A stretch of 64,000 nt of DNA, from assembly GCF_032116555.1 (NCBI RefSeq), contig NZ_CP134949.1, forward strand, positions 558,001 through 622,000. Direction: 5' to 3'. Each line of letters begins with the position of its first letter. The first letter of the stretch is position 1. The notes under the pieces were generated by a model, which did not search any database, was not told the DNA's origin, and saw only the letters and a program-made list of their open reading frames with translations. Made by a program: the position numbers and the translations under genes. Positions 9,987 through 20,312 of this stretch are shown here, piece after piece. The stretch is from Halorarum halobium (GTDB lineage Archaea; Halobacteriota; Halobacteria; Halobacteriales; Haloferacaceae).

Positions 9987-10388
9987 TCAGTCTCGGGGCT
10001 CGTGGAGCTCTGCGAGGACGATGCGGTTCCCGTACGGGTCTTCGAAGTGGACGTTCGAGCCGGACGGCCCGGCTTCCGGCTCGCCGCTGAACTCGACGCC
10101 GCGCTCGGCCAGCGTCTCGTACGTCTCCCGGATCTCATCGGTGTAGAGCACGAACGCCGGCTGACTGCCCGTCTGGTTCCCGATCAGGGCGCGCTCCTCC
10201 TCCCCGGTCGCTTCCATGAGCCAGAGTCCCGAACCGGATTCGCCTGCCGGTCCGACGTGGAGTGCTCGAAAGCCGCCGTCGAGTTCCACGTCCGCGATCA
10301 CGTCAAACCCGAGCGTCCCCGTGTAGAACGCCAGCGCTTCCTCGTACTCCTCCACGAGCACGGTCGTCCGGCCGATCTGAGTGATCAT
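9987..10388 (-). CDS. VOC/glyoxalase family protein
   Basis: ALAFYTGTLGF, GVEFSGEP, FEDPYGNRIVL. Confidence 0.88.
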   Translation of the reverse strand: MITQIGRTTVLVEEYEEALAFYTGTLGFDVIADVELDGGFRALHVGPAGESGSGLWLMEATGEEERALIGNQTGSQPAFVLYTDEIRETYETLAERGVEFSGEPEAGPSGSNVHFEDPYGNRIVLAELHEPRD

Positions 10389-10499
10389 CGACTTCCACGA
10401 GACGGTACACGACGATAACCGCACAGGTTCCGGTCCCGCCCGGTGTTAACTGTTCGGTCGCCGAACTCGACGTCGTCCATCGAGTCTCGCGGCCCCGAG

Positions 10500-10811
10500 C
10501 TATCGAGGTCCGCCGGCGCTCTGGACCCGCCAGCCGCCCTCCACCTCACCCACGCGCGTGACGAGGTCGACGTCGGTGTCCTCCCCGACGCGCCCTCCGG
10601 CCTCGACTGCTTCGACGCGGAAGGTGAGATCCAGCGAACTCCCACAACAGCCGACGTCGACGAACTCCTCGCGCTCGTCGCCGACCGCCGGCGTCTCGAA
10701 GACGCGCCGGAGGTACCTGCGGTAGCGGCCCGTCTCGATCTGGTCGCGCCCCCACTCCGAGAGTCCGCTCGGGTACGAGAGCACGAGTCTGGTCGCCGTC
10801 TCACTGCTCAT
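10500..10811 (-). CDS. Conserved hypothetical protein (VGCCG motif)
   Basis: Acidic 103-aa ORF; EEFVDVGCCG and GWRVQS segments. Confidence 0.65.
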   Translation of the reverse strand: MSSETATRLVLSYPSGLSEWGRDQIETGRYRRYLRRVFETPAVGDEREEFVDVGCCGSSLDLTFRVEAVEAGGRVGEDTDVDLVTRVGEVEGGWRVQSAGGPR

Positions 10812-11306
10812 GTGTCCACGGAGGAGTGGGAACTACATCGACCTGTCGCCGGCGGCGGCGGATTTAATCCGAAGAATAGAAGGGAGGAAAGCATTGGCTA
10901 AACGTCGATATTGTGGTTGCAGGAGGCTCGAACCGCTCGAATCGGCATTTCCCATTCCTCGTAGTAATGAACTGCAAGACGCTATATCGAATACTCGGGG
11001 GCGGCTATTTCACGACCACTTCTGGTGAATCAAATTCGAAAACTACGAAACAAGCTGGAGAAGAGTTCTACTGCCGAGAATGGCGGCTTGAGGGCTCGAG
11101 TGCACGTTCGGTGCGCCCGGTCATCGGCCGGGCGAGTCCGGCCACCGGCTGACCTGGCTCGTCCGGGGGGAGCGTGCTGGCCGGCGGACGGCCCGCCATC
11201 GGCGAGGGCAGGCTCGGGCCTCCTCTGGCGAGGACGAGCGACGTGGCCGCGCCGGCCGTCCTCGAACATAAGAAGGCTTATTCGGGCCGCGGGGGGAGTC
11301 GGCCCC

Positions 11307-12176
11307 ATGGCTCGTTTCGAGGTACCGGAGGTCGATTACACCCGGTACACGAACCGACAACTCGCGGCGGTTCCCCTCGCCGTGCTCGCGGTCGCCCTCC
11401 TCGTCATCGGGGGGTTCTACGCCACGACGGGCTCGCCGGTCACGCCCGGCGTCGAGTTCACCGGCGGGACCGAACTCAGGGTCGCCGTCGACGGGGGGAA
11501 CGCCCAGGAACAGATCGACTCGGCGTTCTCTGCCGAGCCGGACAGCGTCCAGTCGGTCGTCGACAGCGACGTCTACATCCTGACGTTCAAGGAGGCCGAC
11601 GCCACGACCGCGGAGCTCGAATCGCAGGCGGAGGCGGCGGACTTCACCGTCCGGTCGACCAGCGACGTGTCCGCAAGCTTCGGCGAAGACACGCAGTTGC
11701 TCGCGCTGCTGGGTGTCGGCGTGGCGTTCGCCGGGATGGCGGTCCTCGTGTTCGCCCTGTTCCGGTCGTTCGTCCCCAGCATCGCGGTCGTCATCTCGGC
11801 GTTCTCGGACATCGTCATCCCGGTCGCGATGATGAACCTGTTCGGCATCGAACTGACGCTCGGGACCGTCGCCGCGCTCCTGATGCTCATCGGGTACTCG
11901 GTCGACTCGGACATCCTGTTGAACAACCACATCCTCCGGCGGTCGGGTGACTTCTACGAGTCGACCCACCGCGCGATGCGGACCGGCGTGACGATGACGC
12001 TCACCTCGCTCGCGGCGATGGCCGTGATGGCGCTCACCGCGTCGCTGTTCGGCATCGGCCTGCTCTCCAGCATCGGCATCATCCTGGTGTTCGGGCTGGC
12101 TGCCGACCTGATGAACACGTATCTGCTCAACCTCAGCCTGCTGCGCTGGTACCAGTTCGAGGGGGTGGCGCGATGA
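11307..12176 (+). CDS. secF: Protein translocase subunit SecF
   Basis: GVEFTGGTELR, LMLIGYSVDSDILL, ADLMNTY. Confidence 0.95.
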   Translation: MARFEVPEVDYTRYTNRQLAAVPLAVLAVALLVIGGFYATTGSPVTPGVEFTGGTELRVAVDGGNAQEQIDSAFSAEPDSVQSVVDSDVYILTFKEADATTAELESQAEAADFTVRSTSDVSASFGEDTQLLALLGVGVAFAGMAVLVFALFRSFVPSIAVVISAFSDIVIPVAMMNLFGIELTLGTVAALLMLIGYSVDSDILLNNHILRRSGDFYESTHRAMRTGVTMTLTSLAAMAVMALTASLFGIGLLSSIGIILVFGLAADLMNTYLLNLSLLRWYQFEGVAR

Positions 12177-13726
12177 GCGTCCTCGACTCGGTGCGCGACA
12201 ACTGGCGCGTCGCGCTGCTCGTGGTCGTGCTGGTGCTCTCGGCGGGGTTCCTCTTCGCGCCGGGCTTCGGCCAGCAGGGCTCCTCGGCCCCCGACACGGC
12301 GACGAACCTGAAGTACGGGCTCGGGCTCTCGGGCGGCACCCAGGTCCGGGCGCCGGTGGTCGGCATCACCGCCGAGGACGTTCGCTTCGGCGGCGATAGC
12401 CTCTCGGAGGTCGAGATCGCCGTCGCGGGGAACCTCGAGGGCGTGGAATCGACCGACGTCATCGCCCGACAGACCACGGGCACGAACGGCACCGTCGAGG
12501 TCGTCAGCCGGAACGCGACGACCGACGAACTGGCGACGGCACTCGACGAAGCCGGCTATGCCCACGGCGAGGTCAGCGACGGCGTGACCCAGGCCACCAT
12601 CGACGACATGGTCAGCACGCTCGAGTCGAAGATCAACGCGGCCGGCCTCTCGGGCGGGAGCGTGACCGACACCACGACCGCCGGCGGCGAGACGTTCATC
12701 CTCGTGGAGGTGCCCAACGAGGACCGCTCGGAGGTGCTCGACCTGGTCAGCTCGCGCGGGAGCGTCAGCGTCGTCGCCTACCACCCCGCCGCGAACGGCT
12801 CCGGCTACACGAACACGACCGTCATCCGCCAGGAGGACTTCCAGCGCATCGGCAGCGCCCAGCGCGGCGAGCAGGGGCCCGGCCCGCACGTTCAGGTCTC
12901 GGTGCGGGCGGACCAGGCCGAACGCGTCCAGCGCCAGTTCGAGGAGACGGGCGTCGCCCAGCAGGGCGGCACCGTCTGTACCTTCGAGTCGAGCCCGCAG
13001 AACACCCAGCCGTGCATCCTCGTCGTCCGTGACGGGGCCGTGGTCTCCTCGTTCGGCATGGACGGGGACCTCGCCGGGTCGATGCGCTCGGGCGAGTGGG
13101 CCGAGAACCCGACGTTCATCCTGGTGACCGGGAACTACTCGGACGCACAGCAGGTCGCGGTCGACCTCGACGCCGGTGCGCTCCCCGCGCCGCTGGCGAT
13201 CGACCAGGGGACGACGACCTCGATCACGGCCGCCCAGGGTGAGACGTTCCGGACCGACTCGCTCATCATCGGCATCGTCGCCGTGCTCACGGTGAGCATC
13301 GTCGTCTTCTTCCGGTACGGCGACCTGCAGGTGGCGGCCCCGATGGTCGTCACCGCGATGTCCGAGGTGTTCGCGCTGCTCGGCTTCGCCGCGCTCATCC
13401 AGTACCCGCTGGATCTGGCGGTCATCGCCGGCTTCATCGCGGTCATCGGGACCGGGGTCGACGACCTGGTCATCATCGCCGACGAGGTGATGAGCGAGGG
13501 CGAGGTGAACTCCCGCCGGGTGTTCCAGTCGCGCTTCCGCAAGGCGTTCTGGGTCATCGGCGCGGCCGCCGCGACGACCATCATCGCCATGTCGCCGCTC
13601 GCGGTGCTCTCGCTGGGCGACCTGCAGGGGTTCGCCATCTTCACCATCCTCGGCGTGCTCGTCGGGGTGCTCATCACCCGGCCCGCCTACGGCGACATCC
13701 TGCGGGCGCTGCTGACCGAGCAGTGA
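12173..13726 (+). CDS. secD: Protein translocase subunit SecD
   Basis: NLKYGLGLSGG, AGALPAPL, IGTGVDDLVIIADE, ITRPAYG; ATGA overlap with secF. Confidence 0.95.
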   Translation: MSVLDSVRDNWRVALLVVVLVLSAGFLFAPGFGQQGSSAPDTATNLKYGLGLSGGTQVRAPVVGITAEDVRFGGDSLSEVEIAVAGNLEGVESTDVIARQTTGTNGTVEVVSRNATTDELATALDEAGYAHGEVSDGVTQATIDDMVSTLESKINAAGLSGGSVTDTTTAGGETFILVEVPNEDRSEVLDLVSSRGSVSVVAYHPAANGSGYTNTTVIRQEDFQRIGSAQRGEQGPGPHVQVSVRADQAERVQRQFEETGVAQQGGTVCTFESSPQNTQPCILVVRDGAVVSSFGMDGDLAGSMRSGEWAENPTFILVTGNYSDAQQVAVDLDAGALPAPLAIDQGTTTSITAAQGETFRTDSLIIGIVAVLTVSIVVFFRYGDLQVAAPMVVTAMSEVFALLGFAALIQYPLDLAVIAGFIAVIGTGVDDLVIIADEVMSEGEVNSRRVFQSRFRKAFWVIGAAAATTIIAMSPLAVLSLGDLQGFAIFTILGVLVGVLITRPAYGDILRALLTEQ

Positions 13727-13902
13727 CCGGCTCGGGCTGACGCCCCGGGGTTCTTCGAGTTCGGATACGCTTCGAGAAATCACCGTACGGGAGCGGAGTT
13801 CGGAACGGACGCCCTCGACGTCCTCTGGACCCGGAAGCCGCCGGGCCGTCCGACCGCCGCGACGAAAACGACTACCGGACCGCCTTCCGTAGCGTGTGGT
13901 CG

Positions 13903-14373
13903 ATGGACGACCTCGAGGTCCGGCCGGCGCGGACGGCCGACGCCGACCGGCTCGCCGCGGTGTATCGGAGCGCCTACGAGCGGAATCGCGAACTCGGGTT
14001 CCCCGCAAAGGCTGAGTCAGCCACCGGGGCCGAGGTCGCCGAGTGGATCAGCGAACGTCGGGTGTACGTCGCCACGGTCGGGGACGACCCGGTTGGCGGG
14101 GTCAGGCTCGAGGAGACCGACCCCGGTCGCGTGAAACTGGGTCGGCTGGCGGTCCACGACCGCTGGAAGGGACGGGGAATCGGAGGGCGGCTGTTAGACC
14201 ACGCCGAGGAGGCGGGCCGCGACCTGGGTGCCGAAACCGTCCGGCTCACGACGCCCGAGGGCCACCCGTTCCTGCCGGCCCTGTATCGGGATCGTGGCTA
14301 CGAGAAGACGGGCGAGTACCCGCTGGCGTACCGCGAGTACGACGAAATCGTGCTGGAGAAACAGCTCCGGTAA
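13903..14373 (+). CDS. GNAT-family N-acetyltransferase
   Basis: LAVHDRWKGRGIGGRLL acetyl-CoA motif A; LYRDRGY. Confidence 0.88.
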   Translation: MDDLEVRPARTADADRLAAVYRSAYERNRELGFPAKAESATGAEVAEWISERRVYVATVGDDPVGGVRLEETDPGRVKLGRLAVHDRWKGRGIGGRLLDHAEEAGRDLGAETVRLTTPEGHPFLPALYRDRGYEKTGEYPLAYREYDEIVLEKQLR

Positions 14374-14467
14374 CGGAACGCGTACCGTCCGTTCACTCCC
14401 CCGTGGCCTCACGCGCCGGATCGGTGGCCGCAGGCGCGACCACGCGCGTCACGTCGCGGTCGCCGGT

Positions 14468-14779
14468 TCAGTCGTCGGCGGGGGTGCTCGGCGTCTCGAC
14501 CGTGCTCGCTGCCGTCGGAGTGACGGTGACCTCCCCCGCCGCGTGGACGCGGACCTCGTGTTCGGCGAACCCGAACTGCACGAACGCGTCGGTCCCACGT
14601 CCCTCGCTCCCGGGCGTGTCGAACAGCGACTCGATCGCGTCCGGGTCGACGGCGTCGTTCAGTCGCGTGTCCAGTTCGGTCGGGTCCGTCCGCTTCGCCG
14701 CCGCGACCGCGTCGACGATCGTCCCCACGAGCGTGTCGGTCCCCACTTCCCGCGTGATTTCGCGTGCCTCCGATGTCAT
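14468..14779 (-). CDS. HalOD1 (halobacterial output domain) protein
   Basis: IVDAVAAAKRTDPTEL..L.DAVDPDAIESLF...VQFGFAEHEVRV pattern. Confidence 0.8.
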   Translation of the reverse strand: MTSEAREITREVGTDTLVGTIVDAVAAAKRTDPTELDTRLNDAVDPDAIESLFDTPGSEGRGTDAFVQFGFAEHEVRVHAAGEVTVTPTAASTVETPSTPADD

Positions 14780-15083
14780 CCACCGACGGTACGACCCACG
14801 GGAGTTTTCGGCTTTCACCTATCAGGATGTGCCGCCCCGAACTCGGTCCCTATCCAGATTTGGGCCGCGGCGTGACCCCGGCGGCTTCGCTCGGTTTCCT
14901 CGATCGCCCGAGTTCCCCGGGCGGCCGGTTTCCTCGATCACGTCCTCGCCGTTCCGTGACGGTCGCCGGTGGAAGCGTTCGTCCGCCCGGGTTCGGGACG
15001 CGCTCGCAAGCCACTCGCTAGTAGGTGGGGCGTGCTCCTTTTCAGCGTTCGGCGATAACGGGGTGGAGAGGCTTATTCGTTCG

Positions 15084-17564
15084 ATGTCCCACAACTCACA
15101 GTCCGAGCCGACCGATGGCGACCCCGTCGGGACGGAGCCGAACGGCCCCGGCTCCCCCGGTCCCGCCCGACAGGGACACGAGCACGGACCGGACGGCGAC
15201 GGCGGCCCGGAGAACCACCGGGCGCTCATCTACGAGACCCGCGCCGAACAGCTCTCCGCGGTCGTCCCCTTCGTCCGACAGGGGCTCGAACGGAACGAGC
15301 GGGTGATGTACGTCCTCGACGAGAACTCGCGGGCGGACATCGTCGACGCGCTGGCGCGGGGCGGCGTCGACGTCGATGCGGCGCTCGAGTCGGGAGTGCT
15401 CACCTTCCACTCGAAGGCCGACACCTACGGGCGGAACGACGAGTTCGACGCCGAGGAGATGATCGAGTACGTCGACGAGACTGCCCGGGAGGTGATCCAC
15501 GACGAGGGCTACGACCGCTTCCGGATCACGGGCGAGATGACGTGGGCGCTCGAGGAGGACACCGACACGCTGGACCGGATCGTCGAGTACGAGGGAAAGC
15601 TCAACGACTACTTCCCCGAGAACCCCGTCATCGGCCTGTGCCAGTACGACCGGACCCGGTTCCCCGCGGACCTGCTGTACGACATCGTCCGGGCACACCC
15701 CCATCAGGTGTACAACGCCACCGTCACGCAGAACTTCGCGTACCTCCCGCCCGAGGAGTTCTTCGCAGCCGAGACCCCCTCGGCCGGCGTCGAGGAGTTC
15801 GTCGACGCTCACCTCGACCGGGTCCGGGCCCACGGCCGCCTGGAGGAACGGGAACGGACGCTCTCGGCGCTGGCCGACTCCGGCCGGGACCTGGTTCACG
15901 GCGACACGGACACCATCGTCGACCGGACGGTCACGACCGTCGACTGCGGGCTCTCCCCGTCGGTCGCGGCCGTGTTCTCCTACGACGAGGAGGCCGACGA
16001 ACTGCGCCCCGAGCGCGTGGCGCTCTCGGGGCGGGCGGACGCGGACGCCGTCTCGCTGCCCGGGAGCTACCGCGACCTCCTCCGGAACACGTTCGAGGCC
16101 GACGACGCGCGGGTGTTCTCGAACTTCCAGTCCGACGACGAACTCACGGAACTGAACGCGGTTCTCCAGAGCGGGATGGCGTTCCCGCTCGACCGCTACG
16201 GCGTCATGTTCGTCGGCTCCACGCGGGCGTACGCCTTCGACGAGGCCGACGTGGAGTTCGCGCGCACCGTCGCGCTCTCGGCTCACACCGCGCTCGAACG
16301 GGCCGAACACGAGCGCACGCTCGAACGCCGAAACGAGGAACTGCGCCACCTCGACGGGATCAACCGGACGATCCGACGGATCGATCAGGCGCTCGTCCGC
16401 GCCTCGAACCGCGAGGAGATCGAACGCGTCGTCTGTGACCGCCTGGCCGACGCCGACTCCTACCGGTTCGTCTGGATCGGCGACCGGGACCCGCTCTCGG
16501 AGCACGTCACTCCCCAGCAGTGGGCCGGCGACGGCGAGCAGTACCTCGACGAACTCTACTCGACGGCCGGCGCGGCGAGCGGGGCCGACGGATCGACCGA
16601 CGACCGCGACGTCGTCGAGCGTCCCGAACGCCGGGCGATGAACTCGGGGCAGGCCTGTCCGGTCCCGAACGTGTTGACGACCACCGAGTTCGACGACTGG
16701 CGACGGGTCGCACTGGAGAACGGCTTCAACTCGGCCATCAGCGTCCCGCTCGTGTACGAGGGGACCGAGTACGGCGTCCTGAACGTCTGTGCCGGGGATG
16801 CGAACGCGCTGACCGAGATGGAACGGACCGTGCTCGAGGAGCTCGGGGCGACCATCGCGTACGCCATCGACGCGACCGAGACGCGGGCGGGGCTCCAGGC
16901 GGACAGGCTGACGGAGGTTGGGCTACGGATCACCGACTCGCGGAGCCGCCTGCTCCGCTTTGCGGACCGGATCGGAGGCCCGCTCGACGTCGAGACCGTC
17001 CTGCCGGCGTCCGACGACGAGCTTCGGCTGTTCTTCACGGTCGCGGACGTGCCCTCCGAGACGGTGCTCTCGGTCGCCGACGAGTCGGTGAGCGTGACGT
17101 CGGCCCGGCTTGTCGCGGACCGCGAGGGGGCGTCACTGTTCGAGGCGGTGTTCAGCGTCGATTCGAGCGTCCTGACGACGGTGCGGTCGTTCACGGGCTC
17201 GGTGACCGAGTTCACCGTGAGCACCGACGCGGTCGAACTCGTCGTGGCCGTCCCGCAGACCGCGGACGTGCGCTCGTTCGTCGACCGGTTCCGGGAGGCG
17301 TACCCCGGGACTGCGGTGACGTCCGTCCAGTGGGTGACCGAGCGGTCGCCGACCCACGAGTCGTTCTACGAGGAGGTCGAGGACCGACTGACCGAGCGAC
17401 AACTGGAGTCGCTCCGGCTCGCGTACCACAGCGGCTACTTCGAGTGGCCACGCGAGAGCTCGGCCGAGGACGTCGGGCGGTCGCTCGGCGTCTCACAGCC
17501 GACGTTGAGCGGCCACCTCCGGGTCGGCCAGCGGAAACTCCTCTCGCTGCTGTTCGACGACTGA
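15084..17564 (+). CDS. MEDS-GAF-GAF sensor with Bat-type/HTH_10 DNA-binding domain
   Basis: HRALIYE, RITGEMTW, EYEGKLN, LCQYDRTRF (MEDS); GAF regions; LTERQLESLRLAYHSGYFEWPRE...HLR (HTH_10). Confidence 0.9.
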   Translation: MSHNSQSEPTDGDPVGTEPNGPGSPGPARQGHEHGPDGDGGPENHRALIYETRAEQLSAVVPFVRQGLERNERVMYVLDENSRADIVDALARGGVDVDAALESGVLTFHSKADTYGRNDEFDAEEMIEYVDETAREVIHDEGYDRFRITGEMTWALEEDTDTLDRIVEYEGKLNDYFPENPVIGLCQYDRTRFPADLLYDIVRAHPHQVYNATVTQNFAYLPPEEFFAAETPSAGVEEFVDAHLDRVRAHGRLEERERTLSALADSGRDLVHGDTDTIVDRTVTTVDCGLSPSVAAVFSYDEEADELRPERVALSGRADADAVSLPGSYRDLLRNTFEADDARVFSNFQSDDELTELNAVLQSGMAFPLDRYGVMFVGSTRAYAFDEADVEFARTVALSAHTALERAEHERTLERRNEELRHLDGINRTIRRIDQALVRASNREEIERVVCDRLADADSYRFVWIGDRDPLSEHVTPQQWAGDGEQYLDELYSTAGAASGADGSTDDRDVVERPERRAMNSGQACPVPNVLTTTEFDDWRRVALENGFNSAISVPLVYEGTEYGVLNVCAGDANALTEMERTVLEELGATIAYAIDATETRAGLQADRLTEVGLRITDSRSRLLRFADRIGGPLDVETVLPASDDELRLFFTVADVPSETVLSVADESVSVTSARLVADREGASLFEAVFSVDSSVLTTVRSFTGSVTEFTVSTDAVELVVAVPQTADVRSFVDRFREAYPGTAVTSVQWVTERSPTHESFYEEVEDRLTERQLESLRLAYHSGYFEWPRESSAEDVGRSLGVSQPTLSGHLRVGQRKLLSLLFDD

Positions 17565-17610
17565 TCGCGGGAACTCGGAACGCGCTCGCGGCGAAGGGTG
17601 CCGCGCGGGG

Positions 17611-18270
17611 TCAGAACTCCTCCAGTGCCGACTGCTCCGCGGCGGCGAGCACGTCCGCACACGTCGCCCACGAGCGCCGGGCGCAGTCGGGCAGGTCACC
17701 GGTCGCACCGACGTACTCGCGCAGGAACTCCCTCGTCGCCGGATCGGACGGGTAGCCGCTGCCGACGCCCCCGTAGTCGGCGTACTCCTCGTCGATGGCT
17801 GCGACCCGGCTGTCGCGCTCCACCTTGGCGACGATGCTCGCGGCCGCGACGACCGGGTACGACTCGTCCGCGCCGTGCTCGCCGCGGACCGCGATGTCGA
17901 CGCCCGGGTCCGCGTCGGCGACGCCCTCCCGGACCCGTCGCGCGAAGCGCGTCTCGCTCACGTCGCCGGCGTCGACGACGGCCTCCTCGCCGGCGTCCGC
18001 GACCTGGGCGAGCGCTTCGGCCTGCCCGGCGGCGGTGAGCCGGTTCATGTCCGTCTCCGGGGCGTCGATGCGCGTCGGCGTGACGAGAGCGACCCCGACG
18101 GACACGTCCGGGTGCTTCCGAAGCGCCGCGTCGAGTCGCTCGCGTCGCTCCGCGGGGAGGCGTTTCGAGTCGTCGACGCCGTCCGGGATGGCCTCCTCGG
18201 GCGCGCTGACCGCGGCCGCGACCATCGGCCCGAGCGCGGGTCCCTTGCCTGCCTCGTCGGCGCCGAGCAT
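17611..18270 (-). CDS. rnhB: Ribonuclease HII
   Basis: GADEAGKGPALGPMV, DDSKRL, VAAASIVAKVERD, GSGYPSDP. Confidence 0.96.
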   Translation of the reverse strand: MLGADEAGKGPALGPMVAAAVSAPEEAIPDGVDDSKRLPAERRERLDAALRKHPDVSVGVALVTPTRIDAPETDMNRLTAAGQAEALAQVADAGEEAVVDAGDVSETRFARRVREGVADADPGVDIAVRGEHGADESYPVVAAASIVAKVERDSRVAAIDEEYADYGGVGSGYPSDPATREFLREYVGATGDLPDCARRSWATCADVLAAAEQSALEEF

Positions 18271-18390
18271 GGGCGGGTGGTCGACGGGCGACGACTAAGC
18301 GGTTGTCATGCGGGCGCGGCTGCGACGTGGGATCCGGGCGGTGCGGCGAAAAACGGGGCTGGGTCCGATTCCGGGCGGCGTCCGGACCGC

Positions 18391-18588
18391 TCAGTCGCCG
18401 GCCGGCGACGTCGGCACGTCGGGCACCTCGGACTCCTCGCGCTCCTCCTCGGCATCCGGCGCTGTCTCCTCCGGTTTCGCCGGCTCGTCGGTCGGTTCCG
18501 CCGCCGGCTCGTCGGTCGGTTCCGCCGCCGCCTCGTCGAGCCGTTCCCGGATCGCCTCCCACTCCTCGATTTCACTGTGATGGCACAT
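18391..18588 (-). CDS. Small acidic hypothetical protein with a 24-bp tandem duplication
   Basis: MCHHSEIEEW...; AAEPTDEP twice (18478-18525). Confidence 0.55.
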   Translation of the reverse strand: MCHHSEIEEWEAIRERLDEAAAEPTDEPAAEPTDEPAKPEETAPDAEEEREESEVPDVPTSPAGD

Positions 18589-18755
18589 GGTATCTCCCCA
18601 CATGGCGTTCGGGAGTGTGGGTGAAAAAATCGGGGGTTTTCTCGGGCCTCAGTGGCTGATTCGGTTGAATTTGGTTACCAGAGGATGTCCGAGTGGGTGT
18701 CGGGATCCGTCGGGTTCGTCGGCTCTTCCGTCGACACGTTCCGTGCTTCGACTGC

Positions 18756-18880
18756 CTCGAACGCCCCCGTTCAGTCCCACCTGACCGCCACCGCACCCTC
18801 CCCAGCCGATTCGCTCCCTTCGGTCGCTCGTCCCTCGCGCGCGTTTGCTCGCCCCTGCGGGGCTCGCCGTCACGCGCGCC
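18756..18880 (+). repeat. Palindromic modular repeat lacking arm A (copy 4)
   Basis: CTCGAACGCCCCCGTTCAGTCCCACC...CCTCCCCAGCC...CACGCGCGCC. Confidence 0.85.
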
Positions 18881-18909
18881 GTGGCGGCTCTCGGTATCGA
18901 CGCCCCCGG

Positions 18910-20193
18910 TCAGTCCAGGAAGAACGCCTCGTCCTCGAACGGTTCCTCCTCGCCCTCGACGGCCAGCACGTCGAGCGCGGTCACGACCGCGTCGACGCCG
19001 AGCAGGCCCGCCAGGCTCGGCTCCGTCCGGCCCTCGTCGCCGGAAATCAGCTCCTTGATGTACAGTCCGCCCTCGCCGTGGACGTCGACGGTCGCGTGCC
19101 GGGCGTCCGCGAGTTTGCCCTCGACGTCGTGGACGACGCGTGTCCGGGTCTTGGCGGCACGGCGGTGGTCCACCCGGTTGGGCGTGTACTGCTCGATGGT
19201 GGCCCCGTCGAGGCTGTCGAGCGCGTCCGCGAGTTCGTCGGCGGTCACGTCCCCGCCGAACTCGACCGCGGCGCGGTAGCGCTTGCTCGCGTCGTGCCGC
19301 TTCACGCGCTCGACCATCCCGTGGCCCGCGAGCCGCAGGCCCTCAACCTCGACTTTCCCCTCCGCGAGGGCGTTGACGTCGGCCTCCAGCCGCTCCACGT
19401 CGACGTCGCGCCGGCGGGGCTCCTCCACCTCGACGACGAACGGGCGGCCGGTGCCCAGCATCAGCGCGTCGACGTCCTCGCGGCCCGCGCCGTGGAACAC
19501 CGAGTCGACGCCGTCCATCACGTCCTCGACGACCGGCGCGGTGAGCTGCTGGACGCTCTCGGGGTACAGGAACCCCGTCCCCTCGCACGTGGGACACGGG
19601 TCCGCGCCGTCGCGTCCCGAGCCGCGGCAGTCCGAGCAGGGCCACTCAGTCTGGGGGATGTCCCGCTCCAGTTTCCGGTAGCGACCGTAGACGAACGCCG
19701 AGTTGACCTCGACGTCGACGCGGTCGGCCTCCAGGTCGAGGAGGAACTGCACGTCGGGCCGGCCCAGGTCGACCTCGGTGTCGGTGAGTCGCCCGAACCG
19801 CTTGCCGACCTCGCGGTTGCACTCCTTGCGCAGCGGCTCGCCGGCCTCGGGGTCCATGCCCGCGTCCTCGCGGAGCAGGGCCTCGTTCTCCTCCAGCAGC
19901 GGGGGGACGCGCGTGCCGACCTGGTAGGTGGCGAACTCCACGCCCTCGACGGCATCGACGGCGCGCTCGGCCCACTCGTCGAACCGGGCGGTCGCGCCCT
20001 CACAGACCCAGCACTCCGCGGGGTCGGGCGCGTCGTAGTCCTCGTCGTCGGCCAGCGCCAGCGCGACCCGGAGCCCGCGGCCGCGGTCGGCGTTGCCGAG
20101 GCCGAACGAGCGGTCGGCGAACGGCCGGCCGAGGCAGTGATCACAGAGCGGCCCGGTCGCGAGCAGGCCGCGGGCCGGCGAGAGAACGTCCAT
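18910..20193 (-). CDS. pus10: tRNA pseudouridine(54/55) synthase Pus10
   Basis: LCDHCLGR, YGRYRKLERDIPQTEW, FHGAGREDVDALMLG.GRPF, GGLYIKELISGD.GRT.PS. Confidence 0.95.
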   Translation of the reverse strand: MDVLSPARGLLATGPLCDHCLGRPFADRSFGLGNADRGRGLRVALALADDEDYDAPDPAECWVCEGATARFDEWAERAVDAVEGVEFATYQVGTRVPPLLEENEALLREDAGMDPEAGEPLRKECNREVGKRFGRLTDTEVDLGRPDVQFLLDLEADRVDVEVNSAFVYGRYRKLERDIPQTEWPCSDCRGSGRDGADPCPTCEGTGFLYPESVQQLTAPVVEDVMDGVDSVFHGAGREDVDALMLGTGRPFVVEVEEPRRRDVDVERLEADVNALAEGKVEVEGLRLAGHGMVERVKRHDASKRYRAAVEFGGDVTADELADALDSLDGATIEQYTPNRVDHRRAAKTRTRVVHDVEGKLADARHATVDVHGEGGLYIKELISGDEGRTEPSLAGLLGVDAVVTALDVLAVEGEEEPFEDEAFFLD

Positions 20194-20312
20194 GCGGGCC
20201 ACTCCTCGGGGCGGCCACTACCGTCTTTCGTTCCGCGGGCTACGGGGTCGGCGTCGCCGAAAAGACCGCGTCGGCTGAACCGCAGTCGTGCTTGCGTCGG
20301 CTGAACCGCGGG

